Assembly: GCA_041168925.1 (NCBI GenBank) | Contig: JBEEJY010000010.1 | Coordinates: 12,430 to 76,429, forward strand | DNA length: 64,000 nucleotides | Source of the DNA: Candidatus Parcubacteria bacterium | GTDB lineage: Bacteria > Patescibacteriota > Minisyncoccia > Phycocordibacterales > UBA2100 | Direction of reading: 5' to 3' | In this document: positions 1 through 7,827 of the stretch, piece by piece | Numbering within the stretch: position 1 is the stretch's first letter | Layout: each line of letters opens with the position of its first letter | The notes under the pieces: model-generated | What the model was told of the DNA's origin: nothing | Database searches by the model: none | Seen by the model: the letters and a program-made list of their open reading frames with translations, nothing else | Program-made: the position numbers and the translations under genes

Positions 1-1
1 A

Positions 2-325
2 CTCCTCGCGGCGGGCTTCGGCGCGCTCATCACGCCGCACTCGAAGGCCGCAGCCTATGCGGCGGCCGCCATATCGGGCGCCGCGGTCGTCATCTACGCG
101 ACGTGGGGGATCTCCGGATACCTTGACGTGGGAGCGGTCGCTTTTGTCCTGCGGCTCGCGGTCGCGCTCGTCTTTCTGTTTGCCTTCTACTTCAGCATGA
201 AAACGGTGCGGGCGTTCGCCCTGCACCAGGTGGGGCGCCGCGATGAACCAGACGAATTCGAGACAGAAGCGGAGAAAGCGGAAGACGAGCGATACGAAGG
301 AGAGAAACACCGACCCGAACAATAA
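2..325 (+). CDS. 3' fragment of a membrane protein gene that starts upstream of the window (hydrophobic C-terminal region, acidic tail)
   Basis: Open frame from position 2 (frame of ORF 128..325) encodes hydrophobic TM-like segments (...AAAISGAAVVIYATWGISGYL...AVAFVLRLAVALVFLFAFYF...) then an acidic tail; no start codon inside the window. Confidence 0.35.
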   Translation, partial: LLAAGFGALITPHSKAAAYAAAAISGAAVVIYATWGISGYLDVGAVAFVLRLAVALVFLFAFYFSMKTVRAFALHQVGRRDEPDEFETEAEKAEDERYEGEKHRPEQ

Positions 326-333
326 GAGCCGCC

Positions 334-924
334 ATGCCACGGAAGATTTTTTTGTTATTGGGGCATCCGGATAAGAGCGGCTTTTGCGGCGAGATCGCGG
401 ATGCGTACGAATCCAGCGCTCGAGCCGCCGGCCACCAGATAGAGCGCATGAATCTGGGAGATATGCAGTTCGACCCGATTTTGCATAAGGGCTATCGCGC
501 CATGCAGGAGCTCGAGCCGGACCTCAAGCGTTTCCAGGAGCTCGTCACCGCGTGCGATCATTTTGTGATCGTGTACCCGGTGTGGTGGGTCAGCATGCCC
601 GCGCTCCTGAAAGGCCTCTTCGACCGCGCGTGGCTTCCCGGTTCCGCGTTTCGCTACATCAAAACAAAAACGGGAACAAGGACCATTTTCTGGCACCGCC
701 TTTTTCGAGGGAAGACCGCGCGTATTTTCATGACAAGCGGCACGCATCCGCTGTTAGTCCGCTTTTTGCCAGGCAACGTCAACGCCCAACTCAAATGGGG
801 TATTTTGTGGTTTGCCGGCTTTTCGGTTCGTACGAAATGGTTCGGTCCTGCCGAAAACATTCCGGAGGGACGCAAAGTGCGCTGGCTCGCCTGCGCGCGC
901 GAGCTCGGAAAAGCAGGGAAATAG
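334..924 (+). CDS. NAD(P)H-dependent oxidoreductase, flavodoxin-like fold (MdaB/KefG-type quinone reductase family)
   Basis: N-terminal IFLLLGHPDKSGFCGEIADAY... and DHFVIVYPVWWVSMPALLKGLFDRAW motifs are typical of the Flavodoxin_2/NAD(P)H dehydrogenase (quinone) family. Confidence 0.75.
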   Translation: MPRKIFLLLGHPDKSGFCGEIADAYESSARAAGHQIERMNLGDMQFDPILHKGYRAMQELEPDLKRFQELVTACDHFVIVYPVWWVSMPALLKGLFDRAWLPGSAFRYIKTKTGTRTIFWHRLFRGKTARIFMTSGTHPLLVRFLPGNVNAQLKWGILWFAGFSVRTKWFGPAENIPEGRKVRWLACARELGKAGK

Positions 925-968
925 CGCGACAGGCGCGACGTTGACTAGGAGCTCTGCCGCAGTAGAGT

Positions 969-1766
969 GTGCCTCTTAGGGGAGCCAGCGTTTCAAACAT
1001 GAAAATATCGACCGGCTCGACGTTATTGAGGATTTTTGCCATCTTCTCGCTATTGACAATAACCGTCGGTATTGTCTCAGCGAGCGAAGTGGGGCAGAAT
1101 GCCAGCCCCACCTTTTGCGAACGATTCCCGGCGCTTTCTCGTTTTCCTGTCTGTCAGCCGCCGCCCCCTCCACCTCCTCCGACGGATGCGTGTCCCAACG
1201 TCCCCGGCAATCAAACATCGCGGCCCTGTGCGGATGATCGATGCAAAGAGCAGGGAGGGATATGGCACGGCGATTCCTGCGAGTTCCCGACACCCCCTCC
1301 GCCGTCTGATAATAATAGCGGCAGGGGACATGACTTGTGTCAGCGATACATCGAATCCGCTTCGCGTATCGCCCCGCCGGAGTCGTGCGACATTTGCCCA
1401 AACGTCTCGGGTGTTCAACTGCAAGGCGACTGCGTGGATAAGATTTGCGCGGACGATGGCGGCACCTGGAGCGAAAACTCGTGCGTCATGCCGCCACTAG
1501 ATATTTGTCCGAACGTTCCCGGTGACCAAGCCGAAGGGCCGTGTGCCGATGAGCAATGCAGCGAGCAGGGGGGTACATGGAATGACACATCATGCGTGAT
1601 GCCTCCGGTTAGTTCCGCGCAGTGTTCGGACGGTCTAGACAACGACGCGGACGGGAAAATAGATTTCCCGGCAGACGGCGGATGTTCGAGTGCTAGCGAT
1701 GATTCAGAGACAGGCTCGGGGGGAGGTGCGGCCGGCGGTAGCGGTGGCCGCGTGATTGCCAATTGA
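969..1766 (+). CDS. secreted Cys-rich repeat protein (3x CPNVPG..PCADD.C.EQGG.W....C repeats) with a C-terminal MopE-like C.DG.DND.DG motif
   Basis: Signal-peptide-like N-terminus (MKISTGSTLLRIFAIFSLLTITVGIVSA, from the internal Met near 999). Three about 35-aa Cys-rich repeats, a poly-Pro linker, and C-terminal CSDGLDNDADGKIDFPADGGC resembling the putative metal-binding MopE-type motif. True start may be the internal Met. Confidence 0.6.
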   Translation: MPLRGASVSNMKISTGSTLLRIFAIFSLLTITVGIVSASEVGQNASPTFCERFPALSRFPVCQPPPPPPPPTDACPNVPGNQTSRPCADDRCKEQGGIWHGDSCEFPTPPPPSDNNSGRGHDLCQRYIESASRIAPPESCDICPNVSGVQLQGDCVDKICADDGGTWSENSCVMPPLDICPNVPGDQAEGPCADEQCSEQGGTWNDTSCVMPPVSSAQCSDGLDNDADGKIDFPADGGCSSASDDSETGSGGGAAGGSGGRVIAN

Positions 1767-1796
1767 TGTGCACGCAATAGTTGGTAGGATAGTCCG

Positions 1797-2894
1797 ATGT
1801 CTTTGAGCATCGGCATTGTAGGTCTGCCAAATGTCGGGAAATCCACGCTTTTCAATGCGCTTACGCGCAAGGGCGTGCTTATCGCGAATTACCCGTTCGC
1901 GACCATCGATCCGTCGGTCGGGGTGGTTGCCGTACCTGATTTTCGCCTGGATAGGCTCGCAGAAATGTCACATTCCGAAAAAAAAGTGCCGGCCGCGGTG
2001 GAATTCGTCGATATCGCGGGTCTCGTCAAAGGAGCTTCGGAAGGGGAGGGTCTCGGCAATCAATTCTTGCAGCACATTCGCGAAGTGGATGCTATAGCAG
2101 AAATCGTGCGCATCTTCGACGACGAGGACATTCACCATGTTGCAGGCAACGTGGATCCGCGCTACGACATCGAGATAATCGACCTCGAACTCGTGCAGGC
2201 CGACAAGCAAACGGCGGAAAAGCGCCTCGAGCGCGTAGAACGTGACGCCAAAGGCGCGGATAAGGATCTCGTGACGGAGCGCGACGCGCTGCGCAAGCTC
2301 GTTCCTGCGCTGGCGCAGGGAAAGCCGGCGCGCAGCATCGCGCTCGACGAGAAAGAAAAAATAGCAGCCAAGAGCCTGCATCTTCTCACGATGAAACCGA
2401 TCTTGTATGTCCTCAATCGGAAAAGCGGCGCGCTCAATATTGACGCGGAAAACGGGCCTCGCTGGCGCGAGCTCAAAGCGCATCTTGATTCCACCGGCGC
2501 CGCGTACGTGCTCGTCGATGCGGGAGTCGAGAACGAGCTTGGCGACGTGCATGCAGACGAAAAAGCGGACTTCCGGCGCGAGCTTGGCGTATCGAGCGAC
2601 GGGCTAGACGACCTTATCAAAGCGGGATACAAACTGCTCGACCTTATCTCCTTCCTCACGACCGGCGAGAAAGAGAGCCGAGCGTGGACGATTCCGCGCG
2701 GCTCGAGCGCTCCCGATGCCGGCGCGGCTATCCACACCGACTTTCGCGACAAATTCATTCGCGCGGATGTTATCCGGTGGGATCGATTAGCCGAGTGCGG
2801 CTCGTGGGCGAAAGCTCGCGAGAAGGGCCTCGTGCGTACCGAGGGAAAGGAGTATATCGTGCAAGACGGCGACGTGATGGAGTTCAAGATATAG
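1797..2894 (+). CDS. ychF: ribosome-binding ATPase YchF (Obg-family GTPase)
   Basis: G1 motif GIVGLPNVGKSTLFNALT, a central coiled-coil insertion, and a C-terminal TGS domain (...REKGLVRTEGKEYIVQDGDVMEFKI) are typical YchF. Confidence 0.95.
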   Translation: MSLSIGIVGLPNVGKSTLFNALTRKGVLIANYPFATIDPSVGVVAVPDFRLDRLAEMSHSEKKVPAAVEFVDIAGLVKGASEGEGLGNQFLQHIREVDAIAEIVRIFDDEDIHHVAGNVDPRYDIEIIDLELVQADKQTAEKRLERVERDAKGADKDLVTERDALRKLVPALAQGKPARSIALDEKEKIAAKSLHLLTMKPILYVLNRKSGALNIDAENGPRWRELKAHLDSTGAAYVLVDAGVENELGDVHADEKADFRRELGVSSDGLDDLIKAGYKLLDLISFLTTGEKESRAWTIPRGSSAPDAGAAIHTDFRDKFIRADVIRWDRLAECGSWAKAREKGLVRTEGKEYIVQDGDVMEFKI

Positions 2895-2897
2895 ACG

Positions 2898-2927
2898 AAC
2901 CCCGGGCGCTATGCCCGGGGTTTGAAG
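2898..2927. terminator. GC-rich perfect hairpin (CCCCGGGCGCTATGCCCGGGG) between convergent ychF and the 2948..3322 ORF
   Basis: 8-bp perfect inverted repeat with a 5-nt loop directly after the ychF stop, followed by GTTTG. Likely a bidirectional terminator, though the T-tract is weak. Confidence 0.45.
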
Positions 2928-2947
2928 ACGAAGTACGCACGCCGCGT

Positions 2948-3322
2948 TTAGCAGCGAAGTACCTGTTCGACCAGCGATTGGGTCGCAAGCACCTGCTTGC
3001 TCGCTTTGGTCAACAGGTGCTTCTGGAACAGAGTGTCGAGCTTGATCGCAGCAAGATCGAGCGTCCGGCCCTGTCCCGCGGCGCATACTCTTGCGCTCAC
3101 CCTGATGCTGCCATCATTCGAGCGGCAGACGGAAAAATCGCGCAGCAGCTTGCACTTCTGGACCTCATCTTCGAGAGCATCGATTTGGCCGTAGGTGATC
3201 GTCGCGCTGAATTCGGGCTGAACCCAGGCGCCGATCACGACACTGATGAGCTCCTTTCCCAGCCCATCTCTTGAGAACACCACGGTGGCAGTTGTCGGTA
3301 AGTTTCGATGACGCGGCATCAT
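2948..3322 (-). CDS. hypothetical protein (124 aa)
   Basis: Strong RBS GGAGGAAATGATG upstream of the start, GC3-rich codon usage matching neighbours, convergent with ychF. No recognisable domain. Confidence 0.5.
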   Translation of the reverse strand: MMPRHRNLPTTATVVFSRDGLGKELISVVIGAWVQPEFSATITYGQIDALEDEVQKCKLLRDFSVCRSNDGSIRVSARVCAAGQGRTLDLAAIKLDTLFQKHLLTKASKQVLATQSLVEQVLRC

Positions 3323-3423
3323 TTCCTCCTTGAGCGTAAACTGTCCGGTGGATCGTTACTATACAACGAAAATCTCTGCTTGCCAAGGATGGCCACGTGC
3401 GCTCGTCGCGCTATACTTTCCGT

Positions 3424-4386
3424 ATGGACAAACCAAAAGTGACCCCGAAGGATTTCTTTTTGTGGTTCGCGGCGATGCTATTTTTGTATGCGGGCGTTTT
3501 CAACTACGTCGCGCTCGTGTGGGATTACATCAACTACAGTTTCCCCGATCCGCTGCAGTACTATCCGAGCGACCCTTACCAGAGCGGCATCAGCTGGGAG
3601 ATGGCGTCGCTCATCGTGCTCGCGCCTCTTTTCCTCGTCCTCATGTGGTGGATACACCGATCCATCAAGGCCGATTCGACGCGCGGTGAAATCTGGATCC
3701 GTCGCTGGGCCCTGTACTTGACGCTCTTTGTCGCGGGAGTCACGATCGCCGTCGATCTGATCTACGTCTTGTACGCCTTTTTAAGCGGCACGGATCTCAC
3801 GGCCCGGTTCCTTCTCAAAGCGCTCGTCGTCCTTGCGGTCGCTGCGGTCGGCTTCATGCACTTTCTCGCCGATCTCTGGGGGTATTGGGAGCAATTCCCC
3901 GGTCGCAATCGTTTCGTCGCCCTCGCGACGGCTCTTCTCGTCGCGATCACGGTGATCGCGGGGTTTTTTATTGTCGGCACGCCGGCCCAAGCCCGGTTGT
4001 ACCGCTTTGACGAACAGAAGGTGAGCGACCTCACTTCGATCCAGTACCAAATCGTCAATTACTGGCAATCGAAGCAGAGATTACCCATATCTCTCAGTGA
4101 TCTGAATGATTCGATCTCGAATTTCACCGTCCCGAACGACGCCCAGAGCGGCAAACCCTACACCTACAAGATAACCGGAGCGCATTCGTTCCAGCTCTGC
4201 GCAACCTTCAATGCCGAAACGCACGGCAACAATCCAATCCTTGCGCGCCCGAGCGAGCCGATGGCGGTAGGGGAGGCGGGAAAACCGATAGCCGACAATT
4301 GGCTGCACGGCGCCGGAGAGGCGTGTTTTGACCGCGCCATAGACCCTGAGCGCTACCCGCCTTTCTCGAAGCAAAAGACCCTGTAA
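3424..4386 (+). CDS. polytopic membrane protein, DUF5671-like N-terminal TM domain plus a C-terminal soluble region
   Basis: Start chosen at MDKPKV (the track start at 3397 is GTG). Four to five TM helices, then a soluble region. TATACT box 6 nt upstream of the ATG. Confidence 0.55.
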   Translation: MDKPKVTPKDFFLWFAAMLFLYAGVFNYVALVWDYINYSFPDPLQYYPSDPYQSGISWEMASLIVLAPLFLVLMWWIHRSIKADSTRGEIWIRRWALYLTLFVAGVTIAVDLIYVLYAFLSGTDLTARFLLKALVVLAVAAVGFMHFLADLWGYWEQFPGRNRFVALATALLVAITVIAGFFIVGTPAQARLYRFDEQKVSDLTSIQYQIVNYWQSKQRLPISLSDLNDSISNFTVPNDAQSGKPYTYKITGAHSFQLCATFNAETHGNNPILARPSEPMAVGEAGKPIADNWLHGAGEACFDRAIDPERYPPFSKQKTL

Positions 4387-4431
4387 AACGGGCATTTTCG
4401 AGCGTCGAAGCCTGTGATAGGCTGATCTGCG

Positions 4432-7400
4432 ATGCACGGCTACGACCACAAGAAGATAGAGACCAAATGGCAAAAAGCGTGGGCGAAAAAGGGCCTCTAT
4501 AAAACATCCGATAAAGTAAAAGGGAAGGACAACTTTTACCTGTTGGTCGAATTCCCGTATCCATCCGGCAATCTCCACGTCGGGCACTGGTACGCCTTTT
4601 CCGTGCCCGACATTCTCGCACGCATGATGCGAATGCAGGGTAGGAACGTGCTCTATCCGATCGGTTTCGATGCGTTCGGCCTTCCGGCGGAAAATGCCGC
4701 GATCAAAAACAGGGTGAATCCGCGAAAGTGGACGCTGGGCAACATCGAATTCATGAAAAAGCAGATACGTTCGATGGGAACCTCATTCGACTGGTCGCGA
4801 GAAATCCTCACCTGCGATCCGGCATATTACAAGTGGACGCAATGGCTCTTCCTTCAATTTTTCAAGAGAGGTCTGGCGTATCAGAAAGAGACTCCCGCCA
4901 ATTGGTGCCCGAAAGACAAGACGGTGCTCGCCAACGAACAAGTCGTGGATGGCAAGTGCGAGCGTTGCGGCACGCAGGTAATCCAGAAAGAAATGCCGCA
5001 GTGGAATCTCAAGATAACCGACTACGCCGATCGGCTCATCAATGATCTCGACGCGCTTGACTGGCCGGAGCAGATAAAAGAATCGCAGCGCAACTGGATC
5101 GGCCGTTCCGAAGGATACGAAATCGATTTTCCTCTTGTTTTCGACGATGGCAAAAAGTACAAGTATGTTCTCTTGCACGGCTATACGGGACACGCGTCGG
5201 ATGCGCGGTGGCAGTGGATACGGCGCGAATTGGAAGCGCTGGGGCACGAGGTCATCATTCCCGAACTCCCGAATACCGATGATCCGAGCGAGGAAGAACA
5301 GGTCGAAGTGGCTTTACACGCTACAGAGTACGATGAACGGACGGTTCTCTTTGGCCACAGCCTCGGCGCGACGGTCGCGATGAAGGTTGTGGAAAAGCTT
5401 ACAGCTCCGATATCACGCCTCGTGCTAGCCGGAGCCGTGGTCAATCCGCGATTCAAAGACAAGAAACGGCCGTTCGAGAAGAAGTTCAGTTGGAGATTCG
5501 ACCCCGAAGCAATAAAAAAGAACGCGAAAAGCATTACGGTACTCCACGACCCGCGGGATTACGCGATCACCGAGAAACAAAGACAACTCATTGAAAACAT
5601 GCTCAATCTGAAGGCACGGCTATGCAGCACGACCGAGCCGCACTTTACGGGCGACAGGGAGCCGGATCTCCTCATGTGGCTGCGTCCGACCATCCGTGTT
5701 TTCACCACTCGCCCCGACACGCTCTATGGCGGCACTTTTCTCGTTCTCGCGCCCGAACATCCTTGGATCAAAGCGGCCCTGCAAAATGACGGACATCGTA
5801 AGTCCGTCATTTCAAACGAGGCAGAGATTCAACGCTACGTCGAGAATGCAGCGAAAAAGACAGAGCGCGAACGACAGGAGAGCAAGGAAAAGACGGGAGT
5901 TGAGCTGATGGGTGTGAAAGCCATCAATCCAACGACCGGAGCCGAAATACCGCTGTGGGTGGCCGACTACGCTCTGATGGGATTCGGCACTGGTGCGTTA
6001 TTTGGCGATGCGCACGACGCCCGCGACGTCGCCTTTGCGAAAAAGTACGGCATTCCGTTGAGGGAAACAATAGAGCCTTTGTTCATTCAGGAAACAGGGC
6101 TAGACAAAATTCGATCAGATGAGCCATTTACGGAGCGCAATTCCATTCACGCGTTCGTTAAGCATTGGTCGGACGAAAAGTACATGGCGGTGCACTATGT
6201 GCCGAGTGATATCAACGAGTGTGTGTCTGGTGGGATCGAAGAAGGTGAAGATGCGGTAACGGCGGCACAACGTGAGATACGTGAAGAGACAGGTTACAGT
6301 AAAGCGCGCTTCGTCAGGAAGTTGGGCAATCGAGTTCATGCGAAGTATTACAGCGTTGAACGCAAGAAGAACATGTTCGTGCATTTTACCCCACTCCTAT
6401 TCCAACTTGAAGATGATACTCAAGAGGAGATATCGGCGAGTGAAAAGGCGCGCCATGAGGTAAGTTGGCTTTCGAAGGAAGAGGTAGGGCGATTCTTCAA
6501 CCGGGACGATATCCGTCTGGGCTGGAGTCGCGTCGAGAATGATATTCCGTATGAGGGAAAGGGGATACTGTTCGACTCTGGAGAGTTCAGCGGGCTCACG
6601 AGCGATGAGGCGATGCCGAAGATCGGCGAGAAATTCGGACGACTGGTCAAACACTATCGCCTGCGCGATTGGATAGTATCGCGCCAACGCTATTGGGGAG
6701 TGCCCATACCGATCATTCATTGCGCAACGTGCGGCCCTGTTGCCGTGCCCGACAAAGACCTGCCCGTCAAATTACCGGAAGTCAGAGATTATCTGCCGGA
6801 CGGGAAGGGGAAATCGCCGCTCGCGAAGGTAATCAAATTCGTTCAGGTAAAATGTCCGCGCTGCAAGAGTTCGGCGCAGCGAGAAACCGACACGCTTGAT
6901 ACGTTCGTGGACTCGTCGTGGTATTTCTTGCGCTACACAGATCCAAAGAATAAAAAGAAATTCGCCGATGCAAATAAGATGGATCATTGGATGCCGGTCG
7001 ATCTCTACTCCGGCGGCGCGGAGCATACGACCATGCACGTGCTCTATTCCCGTTTCTGGCAGAAGGCGATGTTCGACCTCGGGCTCGTGAAAGACAAAGA
7101 GCCGTACGTGCGGCGCATGAATCGCTCCATCATTCTCGGGCCGGACGGCCAAAAAATGAGCAAATCGCACGGCAATGTCATCGATCCCGACGAAGTGGTC
7201 GCGCGGCTCGGGGCGGACACGGTGCGCATGTATCTCGCCTTCATCGGTCCGTACAGTGAGGTCTCCAGCTTCCCGTGGAATCCCGACGGAGTGGTCGGCG
7301 TCCGTCGCTTTCTCGAGCGGGTGTGGAATGCCGGCCAGAAATTGGCGGTGCAAGAGAAGCGAGTGGATGCGCTGCGACACATATTGCACAAGACCGTGAA

Positions 7401-7827
7401 AAAAGTCGGAGACGACATTATCGCGCTGAAATTCAATACCGCCATCAGTCAACTCATGATATTTCTCAACGCCGCGGAAAAAGAGAAAAAGATCGGCAAA
7501 GAACAGTGGGAAACGTTTTTGCGTCTCCTCGCGCCGTTCGCGCCGCACATGACAGACGAGCTCTGGCATTCCGCCGGCCGCAAACGATCCGTTCACATGG
7601 AATCGTGGCCGAAATACGACGAATCTCTCCTCAAAGACGAGCGAATGACGATGGCCGTGCAAATCAACGGCAAAACGAGAGGCGAGGTTACTCTCGCGAG
7701 CGATAGCGACAAGACGGTCCAAGAGCAGGCGGCGAGGTCGGTCGTCGCAACGCGCCTTCAGGGGAAAAACGTGCTGCGCGCGATCGTGGTGCCGGGAAGA
7801 CTCGTCAATTTTGTCGTCGCGGATTGA
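4432..7827 (+). CDS. leuS: leucyl-tRNA synthetase with two extra domains: a YdeN/RBBP9-like alpha/beta serine hydrolase (about 5128..5690) and a Nudix hydrolase (about 6110..6545)
   Basis: HVGH (HIGH) motif, NWIGRSEG, TTRPDT, GTG..HD.RD editing motifs, KMSKS, and an anticodon-binding C-terminus. It is 1131 aa versus about 800-880 typical. Inserted segments contain GHSLG/HGY (serine hydrolase) and a perfect Nudix box GGIEEGEDAVTAAQREIREETGY. Confidence 0.9.
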   Translation: MHGYDHKKIETKWQKAWAKKGLYKTSDKVKGKDNFYLLVEFPYPSGNLHVGHWYAFSVPDILARMMRMQGRNVLYPIGFDAFGLPAENAAIKNRVNPRKWTLGNIEFMKKQIRSMGTSFDWSREILTCDPAYYKWTQWLFLQFFKRGLAYQKETPANWCPKDKTVLANEQVVDGKCERCGTQVIQKEMPQWNLKITDYADRLINDLDALDWPEQIKESQRNWIGRSEGYEIDFPLVFDDGKKYKYVLLHGYTGHASDARWQWIRRELEALGHEVIIPELPNTDDPSEEEQVEVALHATEYDERTVLFGHSLGATVAMKVVEKLTAPISRLVLAGAVVNPRFKDKKRPFEKKFSWRFDPEAIKKNAKSITVLHDPRDYAITEKQRQLIENMLNLKARLCSTTEPHFTGDREPDLLMWLRPTIRVFTTRPDTLYGGTFLVLAPEHPWIKAALQNDGHRKSVISNEAEIQRYVENAAKKTERERQESKEKTGVELMGVKAINPTTGAEIPLWVADYALMGFGTGALFGDAHDARDVAFAKKYGIPLRETIEPLFIQETGLDKIRSDEPFTERNSIHAFVKHWSDEKYMAVHYVPSDINECVSGGIEEGEDAVTAAQREIREETGYSKARFVRKLGNRVHAKYYSVERKKNMFVHFTPLLFQLEDDTQEEISASEKARHEVSWLSKEEVGRFFNRDDIRLGWSRVENDIPYEGKGILFDSGEFSGLTSDEAMPKIGEKFGRLVKHYRLRDWIVSRQRYWGVPIPIIHCATCGPVAVPDKDLPVKLPEVRDYLPDGKGKSPLAKVIKFVQVKCPRCKSSAQRETDTLDTFVDSSWYFLRYTDPKNKKKFADANKMDHWMPVDLYSGGAEHTTMHVLYSRFWQKAMFDLGLVKDKEPYVRRMNRSIILGPDGQKMSKSHGNVIDPDEVVARLGADTVRMYLAFIGPYSEVSSFPWNPDGVVGVRRFLERVWNAGQKLAVQEKRVDALRHILHKTVKKVGDDIIALKFNTAISQLMIFLNAAEKEKKIGKEQWETFLRLLAPFAPHMTDELWHSAGRKRSVHMESWPKYDESLLKDERMTMAVQINGKTRGEVTLASDSDKTVQEQAARSVVATRLQGKNVLRAIVVPGRLVNFVVAD

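Noticed and set aside
2162-2887. Long antisense ORFs opposite conserved genes (e.g. 2162..2887, 6772..7722, 8437..9345, 15732..16844, 21004..22092, 23219..24298, 24551..25315, 26711..27595, 32358..33215, 34183..35028, 37801..39012, 40061..40744, 43933..45174, 45750..46484, 46906..48087, 48872..49915, 49912..50847, 52655..53863, 61887..62729, 63120..63866)
   Set aside because: They are Arg/His/Ala-rich, lack motifs, and lie antisense to genes with unambiguous conserved signatures. These are the typical shadow ORFs of a 60% GC genome.
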